Positions 56,787 to 64,000 of a stretch of DNA of 64,000 bases are shown in pieces; positions within the stretch are counted from its first letter, which is position 1, and every line of letters begins with the position of its first letter. The notes beneath the pieces were generated by a model. It did no database searches, was not told the DNA's origin, and saw nothing but the letters and a program-made list of their open reading frames with translations. This DNA comes from Candidatus Aminicenantes bacterium (GTDB lineage Bacteria; Acidobacteriota; Aminicenantia; Aminicenantales; JAFGBC01). Location: the NCBI GenBank assembly GCA_963702005.1, contig OY969696.1, positions 3,904,001 to 3,968,000 of the forward strand, read 5' to 3'. The position numbers and the translations under genes were made by a program.

Positions 56787-58460
56787 ATGACTCATTCCAA
56801 CAGACAATCCGCCCGGCGGCTGACCGGCATCCTCGTCCTGGCCGGCCTCGTCGCCGCATCCATCCCGCTCGCCGCCGACCAGGTCCCGTTCCGGACCGTG
56901 GCCGAAGCGAGCCAATTCCAGTCAACCTCGCGCTACGCCGACGTCCTCGACTTCATCGCTAAGCTCAAGGCCAAAAGCCCCTACATCCGCGTCGAGACCC
57001 TATGCCGGAGCGCTGAGGGTAGGGACGTCCCGCTCATCGTCATCGGGAAGCCCCTCCCCGACCGCCCCGAGCGCCTGCGCGGAGACGGCCGCCTCGTCGT
57101 CTACATCCAGGCCAACATTCACGCCGGAGAGGTCGAGGGCAAGGAGGCCTCGCTCATGCTCGCCCGCAGCATCCTCCTCGCGCCCGCTCCCCTCTACTTG
57201 GATAAGCTCGTCGTCCTCATCGCTCCCATCTTCAACGCCGACGGGAACGAGCGGATCAGTCCCGACAACCGGCCCGACCAGGCCGGCCCGGCGAACGGCG
57301 TCGGGGTCCGTTCCAACGGCCAGAACCTCGACCTCAACCGCGACTCGATGAAGCTCGAAAGCCCCGAGCTGCGCGGCCTGGTCTCGAACGTCCTCAACCG
57401 CTGGGACCCGGCCCTGGTCATCGACTGCCACACGACGAACGGCTCCTACCACCAGGAGCCGGTGACCTACTCCTGGCCCCTCAACCCGAACGGCGACCTC
57501 GACATCCTCCGCTACCAGCGGGATCAGATGCTCCCGGCCGTCCAGAAGGCCCTCGGCGAAAAGTATGGCACGCTCGCCATTCCCTACGGCGATCCGGCCG
57601 ACTGGCGCGACCTGGAGAAGGGCTGGGCGACCTTCAGCCACCATCCCCGCTACGTGACGAACTACATCGGGCTCCGCAACCGGCTGTCTATCCTTGACGA
57701 AAACTATTCCTACGCCGACTTCAAGACCCGGGTCCTCGGCTGCACCAACCTCCTCCTGGCCATCCTCGACTACTGTCAGGCGCACAAGGATGAAATCCGC
57801 GCCCTGGTCAAGGCCGCCGACGAGCGGACCGTCCGGATCGGCAGCGCGCCGACCCCCGAGGACACCTTCGCCCTCGAATACGAGGTCAAGCCGCTCCCCG
57901 ACAAGGTCACCGTCCGCGGCTATGAGATGGAGATTATCCCCCGCGAAGGGGGCTGGCCCGAGATCAAGAAGACGGACAGGGAACGGACCTACGTCCTCCC
58001 CTATTTCGCCGACTTCGTCCCCAAGCGGTCGGTCCGGCGTCCCTACGCCTATCTCGTTACGGCCGCCGATCCCGACATTGTCGCCCATCTCCGCCGCCAC
58101 GGCATTGCCGTCGAACGGCTGGCCAAGCCCGTCCGCCTCGAGGTCGAAGCCTTTAAGATCACGGAGCTTAAGGCCCCGGCCCGGCCCTACCAGGGCCATT
58201 GGACGAGCGGAGTCAAAGGGGAGTACCTGACGGAGGAGCGGGAGTTCGCTCCCGGCGCGATCGTGGTCAGGACCGGCCAGCCGCTGGGAAGTCTCGCCTG
58301 TTACCTCCTCGAGCCGGAGAGCGACGACGGACTCATCACCTGGAATTTCCTCGACCGCTATCTCGTTCCGGAATGGGGACGAGGGTTCGATAACTGCCCG
58401 GTCTATCGGCTCCTCAAGCCCGCGCTTCTCGCAACGGAGGGCGTCGCCGCGGGGAACTGA
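56787..58460 (+). CDS. M14 zinc carboxypeptidase-family protein
   Basis: NIHAGEVEGKE, NADG, DLNRD, DCH; signal peptide. Confidence 0.88.
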   Translation: MTHSNRQSARRLTGILVLAGLVAASIPLAADQVPFRTVAEASQFQSTSRYADVLDFIAKLKAKSPYIRVETLCRSAEGRDVPLIVIGKPLPDRPERLRGDGRLVVYIQANIHAGEVEGKEASLMLARSILLAPAPLYLDKLVVLIAPIFNADGNERISPDNRPDQAGPANGVGVRSNGQNLDLNRDSMKLESPELRGLVSNVLNRWDPALVIDCHTTNGSYHQEPVTYSWPLNPNGDLDILRYQRDQMLPAVQKALGEKYGTLAIPYGDPADWRDLEKGWATFSHHPRYVTNYIGLRNRLSILDENYSYADFKTRVLGCTNLLLAILDYCQAHKDEIRALVKAADERTVRIGSAPTPEDTFALEYEVKPLPDKVTVRGYEMEIIPREGGWPEIKKTDRERTYVLPYFADFVPKRSVRRPYAYLVTAADPDIVAHLRRHGIAVERLAKPVRLEVEAFKITELKAPARPYQGHWTSGVKGEYLTEEREFAPGAIVVRTGQPLGSLACYLLEPESDDGLITWNFLDRYLVPEWGRGFDNCPVYRLLKPALLATEGVAAGN

Positions 58461-58470
58461 GACCCCCCCG

Positions 58471-59301
58471 CTACTTTTTCTTCTTGACGACTTTGACCGC
58501 GTGGGCGGCGACCAAGTATTTTCCGCAGTTCTCGCAGATGTAGATGTCGTTCGAACCCTCGATGGCCGAACTCATCCCGGTCGCGACGTTGATGTTGCAG
58601 CCCTGGCAGGCCCCGTCGGCGACCTCGGCCACGGCGAATCCATAGCGCTCCATGAGCCGGTCGAACCGGGTCAGCAAGGCCTGGTCGAGCTCCTCCCTGA
58701 GGTGGGAGGACTCCTTCTCGAGGACCTTCTTCTGCTCCTTGGTCGCCTTCTTCCGCTTGATCTCAATCTCCTGGAGCCGCTTGAGGAGGCTCGCCCGCGA
58801 AACGGTCACTTCGAGCGGCGGCAGCATGAGCTCGATCTCGGACAGGACCTTGTAGAGATCGGCCTTATCCTTGGCCTGGAAGGCGCGATGCCGGAAGTCC
58901 GAGCGCCGCAGGAATTTAGCCAGCCCGGCGAACAGGTGGTTGAACAGGCCGGGAATCGAGGGATTCCAGACGACCAGGATGACGAGGTGGACCTTCTTGT
59001 TGTCGACCGAGTCGAATTCGATCCCCTTCTCGGAGCGGCCCACGGCCACGGCAACTTCCCCGCCCGTGTCGACCCTTGCGTGGGGGAGGGCGACGTGGTC
59101 GCCGATGGCGGTCGTCTCCAGCCGTTCACGGTCGATGAGCCGGGTCAGGATGAGCTTTTTGTTGGCGATGAACTTTTGCTTGGCCAGGACATCGCAAAGC
59201 TCGTCCAGGGCCTGGACCTTGTCCTGGGCCTTGAGGTCGAAAACAACCGAGGACAGTTTGAGGTAATCGGAGAGGAATGAAAACCTGGGACCGCTATCCA
59301 T
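58471..59301 (-). CDS. PTS EIIA (PtsN/fructose-type) fused to a coiled coil and C4 zinc ribbon
   Basis: RERLETTAIGDHVALPHAR, FDSVD; CQGC...CENC; likely start 59301. Confidence 0.8.
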   Translation of the reverse strand: MDSGPRFSFLSDYLKLSSVVFDLKAQDKVQALDELCDVLAKQKFIANKKLILTRLIDRERLETTAIGDHVALPHARVDTGGEVAVAVGRSEKGIEFDSVDNKKVHLVILVVWNPSIPGLFNHLFAGLAKFLRRSDFRHRAFQAKDKADLYKVLSEIELMLPPLEVTVSRASLLKRLQEIEIKRKKATKEQKKVLEKESSHLREELDQALLTRFDRLMERYGFAVAEVADGACQGCNINVATGMSSAIEGSNDIYICENCGKYLVAAHAVKVVKKKK

Positions 59302-59339
59302 TGTCTTGGCGCAAGTTATTCTATCAAAATCGGGAATCA

Positions 59340-59372
59340 GGGTCAAACCTACACTTTGTCACTTTTTGACCC
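59340..59372. repeat. REP-like family 2, short copy
   Basis: GGGTCAAA..TTTGACCC self-inverted ends; 28-bp match to 8780-8807; supplies TTGACC in TTGACC-17-TAGAAT upstream of the EIIA gene. Confidence 0.65.
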
Positions 59373-60320
59373 TTACGTCTTGGGGAGATTAGCGGCCCCG
59401 AGTTCAGAGGTCAACCGGTAGGTTTCCATGATCCCCGAGACCGTGACGCCCAAGGAAGCCAGCGAAACCCCGAAGGCGGCGGCCTTGAACGGATCGGCCC
59501 CACGGGCGAGGAGGGCCATGGTCCCCGAGCAGAAGATGTCGCCGCAGCCCGTGCTGTCCAAGGGCGCCCCCAGGTCCCGGGAGCGGATCTTCCGGGACTT
59601 GGAGTGCGTCATGGCCCTGACGCCTTCTTTGCCCAAAGTCACGAAGACGGCCTTGACGCCCAGAGCGAAGGCGTAGCGCGCGAAAACCCCGAGTTCGCGG
59701 TCGTGGGGCAAACGCTCGGGATATCCCATCATGCAGGCGACCTCCTGACGGTTGGCCTGGAGGTAGGTCACGCCCTCGACCCACCGGGTCCATTCCGGAA
59801 GCGGCCGATACTCCCGGTGAATGCCGATCGCCGGGAACAAGGCCAGCGAGTGGATATCGAGCCAAATGGGCGATCGGGCGCCCGCGACGACGGCGCGCCA
59901 TTCGGCGAGCTCGATATCGAACCCGGAGTTGATGACAAGCATCAACATGTCCATCCGGCCCAGGTCGGGACGAATGTCAGCGGCCACCAGAGGAGGAACG
60001 ACCGATTCCAGGACCTCCCGGCGCTCCCCGCGGGCGGGATAATGAAGACGGACCTGGTTGCCGGGGCCCGCGACGTAAACCAGGCCTTTGCGCCGGAGCG
60101 TCGGCCAGCCCGAGACCGTCTCTTCAATATCGTCCTGAAGGTAGCGTCCGCAGTGGGCGAAGAGAGAAACCTCCTCGCCCAGCCCGCAGAGCGCGGCCGC
60201 CTGGTACAGAACGCCGCCCAGACCGACGAAGGCCTTCCCGGAATGATAGGAGATATGGTCGAGGGTGATGGTCCCGATGAGTCCGAATCGCTTGGAATCC
60301 CTTTCGTTCGGCATGACCAC
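59373..60320 (-). CDS. PfkB-family carbohydrate kinase
   Basis: GGV, QANRQE, VTLGKEG, DSTGCGDIF. Confidence 0.85.
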   Translation of the reverse strand: MVMPNERDSKRFGLIGTITLDHISYHSGKAFVGLGGVLYQAAALCGLGEEVSLFAHCGRYLQDDIEETVSGWPTLRRKGLVYVAGPGNQVRLHYPARGERREVLESVVPPLVAADIRPDLGRMDMLMLVINSGFDIELAEWRAVVAGARSPIWLDIHSLALFPAIGIHREYRPLPEWTRWVEGVTYLQANRQEVACMMGYPERLPHDRELGVFARYAFALGVKAVFVTLGKEGVRAMTHSKSRKIRSRDLGAPLDSTGCGDIFCSGTMALLARGADPFKAAAFGVSLASLGVTVSGIMETYRLTSELGAANLPKT

Positions 60321-60404
60321 CCGTGAGCCCTCATGGTAAGCGAGGCCCGCTAAAATTGCAAGGCGGCCGATAAGATGATATTCTCTTTTCCCTTAGGAGG
60401 CTCC

Positions 60405-61790
60405 ATGGGAATAATTCACAAGATCGCTTCATTCGCGCTGGCATTCATCATCACGGCCGGATCCGGCTCGCTGACCGCATCGGATAATTCACCCTATGAG
60501 CCGGGGGCCCGGGCCTCGGGCCTGGGCGGGGCGTTCACCGCCAGGGCGGACGACCCGTCCGCCCTTTTCTACAACCCGGCGGGCCTCGCCTTTCAGAAGG
60601 GTCTCCGCTTCAAGACCAACCTCTTTTTCGGCAAGCCCGGCCTCTCGGCCCGCTGGCCGTCGAGCGGCGCGACCACGACCGACAATTCCTTTCAGTTCCG
60701 GGGATCATTCGCCGCGAGCTGGCAGTTCCTGAAGGGGGTCAGCGCCGGCGTCGGGTTTTTCATACCCTATCATTTCTTCACGGAATGGCCCTTTAACTGG
60801 GTCGGCCATGAGCTCGCCATCACGTCTTCATTGAACTCCGTCTTTTTCCGGCCGGCCGTCTCGATCGAGCTTCTGCGAGGTCTGTCCCTGGGCGTCGGCC
60901 TGGACTTTGTCCGCGTCAAAACCTCGTGGAGCTACATCCGGCCGTTCAATCTCGAGACCTTTCCCTTGTCCAAAGATATCGACATCAACAGCAGCACGGC
61001 CATGAGCGGAACCGGAACGGGATTCGTGGCCGGACTTATGTGGAAAGCCCATCCCCTGATCCAATTCGGCCTTAGATACCAGCATCATGTCAAGATCAAC
61101 CTCAGCGGCAGGAATGATTTCTTCATTCCTTACTTGGATATCGGAGAAGCCACGGTTCCTGACCCTGTCCTGCCCAGCAGGCGGCTGAGAGTCCTGTTGA
61201 GCGAATTCTACAGCGTCCAAAGGGTCACCTCCCGGATCACTCTCCCCAAGGAGATCGTTTGGGGGATGGTCTTCGCTCCGGCCGCCAGTCTCTCGTTCCA
61301 GCTCGACCTCCAGTGGAACAGCTGGAGCGAATTGGGGAAATGGGAGTTCAGGTCGGTCAACGCCGATGCCAACCTGAGCCCGGCCTTCACTCCCCAGCTT
61401 CAAGAATTCTACGGAATCGCGCCCGATTACGGTCATCAGAGCGCCGGGCTGATCCTGAAGGACGCTTGGAGGATCAAGGGCGGCCTGGAATACCGGCCGG
61501 GACCGGGCTTGGCGCTGAGGGCCGGTTTCGCCCGCCAAAAAGGTTCGACGGCCGCGGCCGATTTGAATCCCGTCAACCCCGACCCGGACCGCAACCTGAT
61601 TTCCCTGGGTTTCGGGTATGACGGCCCTTTATTGTCGATCACGACCGACCAAAAACTCAGCGACCTCTCTTTTGACGTCTATGTCCGATATGGATTCTCG
61701 AAGAAGGAAGCCTCGGCGATTCCGGAAGCTCCGCTGATTTACCAGGCCAAGCCCTGGGATTTAGGAGTGGGAGTCGGCCTCTTTTTTTAA
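60405..61790 (+). CDS. FadL/OmpP1-family outer membrane transporter
   Basis: GARASGLGGA..A.ADDPSALFYNPAGL, C-terminal Phe; SD AGGAGG before 60405; upstream TTGCAA-17-TATTCT. Confidence 0.85.
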   Translation: MGIIHKIASFALAFIITAGSGSLTASDNSPYEPGARASGLGGAFTARADDPSALFYNPAGLAFQKGLRFKTNLFFGKPGLSARWPSSGATTTDNSFQFRGSFAASWQFLKGVSAGVGFFIPYHFFTEWPFNWVGHELAITSSLNSVFFRPAVSIELLRGLSLGVGLDFVRVKTSWSYIRPFNLETFPLSKDIDINSSTAMSGTGTGFVAGLMWKAHPLIQFGLRYQHHVKINLSGRNDFFIPYLDIGEATVPDPVLPSRRLRVLLSEFYSVQRVTSRITLPKEIVWGMVFAPAASLSFQLDLQWNSWSELGKWEFRSVNADANLSPAFTPQLQEFYGIAPDYGHQSAGLILKDAWRIKGGLEYRPGPGLALRAGFARQKGSTAAADLNPVNPDPDRNLISLGFGYDGPLLSITTDQKLSDLSFDVYVRYGFSKKEASAIPEAPLIYQAKPWDLGVGVGLFF

Positions 61791-61873
61791 AAACGGCTCT
61801 CGGTCAGCGATAGACGCCCGCCTGGTCCCACTTCTGGATCGTATCCAGGATGAGGACGGCGAACAGAGCGCTG

Positions 61874-62095
61874 CTACCGCTTCTCTTCCGGCTTGAAAGT
61901 GACCGAGACGCTGCCGCTCTTCTCCTCGCCGTTGAGGGTCGCGACCAGGTTGAGGCCGCCCTCGCGGCTGGCCGCGAACGTCCCCGAGCCCTCGCCCATG
62001 GTGAAGGTCGACAGGATCTTCCAGCCGGCCGATTTAAGTTCCTCGCTGTACTTGGCCAGGGCGTCCTTGTCGAGCTTCTCGACGAGGATGTTCAA
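61874..62095 (-). pseudogene. Probable C-terminal gene fragment
   Basis: Native-looking codon usage but a weak TTG start without SD; reads like a protein C-terminus. Confidence 0.35.
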
Positions 62096-62114
62096 TGGAT
62101 AGGCGCGTCGGCCC

Positions 62115-63167
62115 TCAGCCCAGGGCGATTCGCTCGACCTTGATCCGGCCCAGGTCGGCGACGCCGACGCCCTTCCGGGCGGCCAACTCGATATGATCGC
62201 AGGGCCGGCCCGAATCCTTGAGGAGGGACAGGCCTTCGGCCTTGCGCTTATCGTCGATGACCTTATAGCCGACTGCGTCCAGGGCGACCGGATCCGTCCC
62301 CAGCCAGAGGGTGTTGGCCGGCCAGATGACTCTCGGGTTGCGGGGGGCGGGCCCCTGGTCGTAGCAGGCCTCGAGGCCGTCGATCATGTGGAGGACGACC
62401 TTTTTGCGGACCTCGGGGTGGGCGCAGAAGTCGGCGAGGAACGGGCCGATCGTCGTGGGACCGTGGAAGCGGCGGTTGTTGTCGCAGAGGCCGTAGGCCA
62501 GGTTCTTGAGGCAGAGGGTCACTCCAGACATGCCGTGGTCCTTGAGGATGGCCATGTTGATGACTTTGTCGCATTCCCTGCTGAAGATCCGGGAGAACCG
62601 GGAGGCCGTCGACCCGCCGTCCCGCTGGCGGGGATTGTCGAGCTCCGAGACATAGGTCAGCTCGGAATCGAACCGGTTGTTGGCCTCGTCCAGGGCCTCG
62701 GTCCCGTAGCAGAGGTATATGGATTCGTCGGTCGTGTTGAAGGTAAACCGGCAGTCCTTCATCTGGTCCTCGAATCGGTCCCAGACGATGACTTTTTTGG
62801 GCGGGACGCCCAGGGCAACCAGGTCCGCGGCGACGGCTTGGATGAGCTCGTGATGAGTAAAGAGGAGAGGACGGCCCAGGGTATTGACCTTGAGGCCAAC
62901 CCGGTCCGTGGGCTTGATGAACTCGGCCCAGGGGTTCTTGGCGCCGGTCAACGCGGCCATGCCCCGGTGGAGCATGTCCTTAACCACCTCCCCGTCGACC
63001 TTCCGGCCGGCGGCGACGGCGCCCGGGTGGAAGACCTCGACGACGCGGCCCGAGGCCGGCTCCGATCCGAGACTGCGGCCTAATCCGGCCTTGACGGCCA
63101 GGCCGGCGCCCAGGGCGGCCGTGGCACCCTTCTTCATGAATTCGCGTCTGTTGATTTTGACGGTCAT
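62115..63167 (-). CDS. Tat-exported DUF362 (Fe-S related) protein
   Basis: NRREFMK Tat motif; VGLKVN, LKDH..SGVTLCLKN, DPVALD. Confidence 0.85.
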   Translation of the reverse strand: MTVKINRREFMKKGATAALGAGLAVKAGLGRSLGSEPASGRVVEVFHPGAVAAGRKVDGEVVKDMLHRGMAALTGAKNPWAEFIKPTDRVGLKVNTLGRPLLFTHHELIQAVAADLVALGVPPKKVIVWDRFEDQMKDCRFTFNTTDESIYLCYGTEALDEANNRFDSELTYVSELDNPRQRDGGSTASRFSRIFSRECDKVINMAILKDHGMSGVTLCLKNLAYGLCDNNRRFHGPTTIGPFLADFCAHPEVRKKVVLHMIDGLEACYDQGPAPRNPRVIWPANTLWLGTDPVALDAVGYKVIDDKRKAEGLSLLKDSGRPCDHIELAARKGVGVADLGRIKVERIALG

Positions 63168-63313
63168 CGGCGCACCTCCGGTCCAGCCAGCATATACGAT
63201 CCATCTTATAGAATCAATAAATACCCGGCCGCACCTCCGCCGATGGACTTAATCGGCGGGATGGTTTAGGATAGGAAACGCGCCTCTAGGATATCCGATG
63301 GGAGGATTACAAA

Positions 63314-63919
63314 ATGATTAAATCCTATAAAAGAATTCTGATTGTATTAATCGCGGGAATCCTGCTGGTTCCGGCCGCGGCCCGGGCCCAAGCTCCCGTC
63401 AAGGCCGAGGAGCCGGCCCTCCTGACTTCCTGCGGCCAGAGCCCGGGGCCGGTCATGCTCAAGGTCATCATGCAGAAGCTCAAGATGGGCTACGAGCTCA
63501 ACTCCCTGGCGACACCCGCCGACCTCATGGCGAAACGAGACTCCGGGACTCCCTATAAATCCCTGGTCATCGTCATGGGCGCCAGTCTCAAGGGCATGGG
63601 CGCGGCGGGGATTTCGATCGAGGACGAGCTGCGACGGACGGCGGCCCTGATCGGGGAAGCCCGGAAGGAAGGGATCCTGGTCATCGGCGCGCACATCGAG
63701 GGCATGAAGCGGCGGGCCCAAGGCGCCTCGGCCGGCGACACGACCGACGAGCAGAGCATCGACGCCGTGGCGCCGAACTCGGACTTGTTGCTGATCAACA
63801 AGGAAGGCGACAGCGACGGCCGCTTCACGGCCATCGCCAAGGCCAAGAAGATCCCGCTCATCGCGGTCGAGAAGAACCTCGACCTCGTGGCCGAGATCCA
63901 GAAACTTTACAGTAAATAG
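63314..63919 (+). CDS. Exported DUF6305-like protein
   Basis: Signal peptide; TSCGQSPG, GASLKGMGAAG, AHIEG..RR. Confidence 0.7.
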   Translation: MIKSYKRILIVLIAGILLVPAAARAQAPVKAEEPALLTSCGQSPGPVMLKVIMQKLKMGYELNSLATPADLMAKRDSGTPYKSLVIVMGASLKGMGAAGISIEDELRRTAALIGEARKEGILVIGAHIEGMKRRAQGASAGDTTDEQSIDAVAPNSDLLLINKEGDSDGRFTAIAKAKKIPLIAVEKNLDLVAEIQKLYSK

Positions 63920-63953
63920 AGGCGCCGGCCACCCAAGCGCCATCCAAGGCCTA

Positions 63954-63982
63954 TTGACAAAAACAAGGAATATTGCTATTTT
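63954..63982 (+). promoter_or_regulatory. sigma70 promoter for the next gene
   Basis: TTGACA-17 bp-TATTTT with TG at the extended -10 position. Confidence 0.5.
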
Positions 63983-64000
63983 CCTTGCATGATCGCTTCT

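Overview
GC-rich bacterial chromosomal window from a diderm anaerobe-like heterotroph. FadL, many glycoside hydrolases and peptidases, and the ftsH-folP-cdaA-cdaR-glmM-pdxJ block suggest an Aminicenantes/Acidobacteriota-like organism (inference only). Main parts: (1) 1-11.7 kb: glycoside hydrolases and two convergent redoxin/UroD-family gene pairs. (2) 11.8-24.5 kb: a more AT-rich cluster with a canonical NADP-GDH, a divergent GDH paralog lacking the catalytic lysine, three PPDK-type ATP-grasp/His-motif proteins with no PEP/pyruvate barrel (one fused to a sensor-like domain and a nucleotidyltransferase), a metallophosphoesterase, a receiver-like protein and an orphan response regulator. This is a candidate undescribed nitrogen/glutamate signalling system. 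(3) 24.6-37.3 kb: an inverted-type integron with a truncated intI, two homologous attI-like regions, four clear attC sites plus one degenerate one, and defence-like cassettes (ATPase, split RM, DUF262-HNH, PIN-like/TM protein, and a SIR2-like remnant hidden by a MITE). (4) 37.4-64 kb: catabolic and housekeeping genes. A ~105-bp GTCA-bounded palindromic element occurs four times. Two copies carry nested hairpin modules and one is inserted in frame after a start codon. No rRNA, tRNA or CRISPR array was seen. All product calls rest on motif recognition by eye, without database searches.
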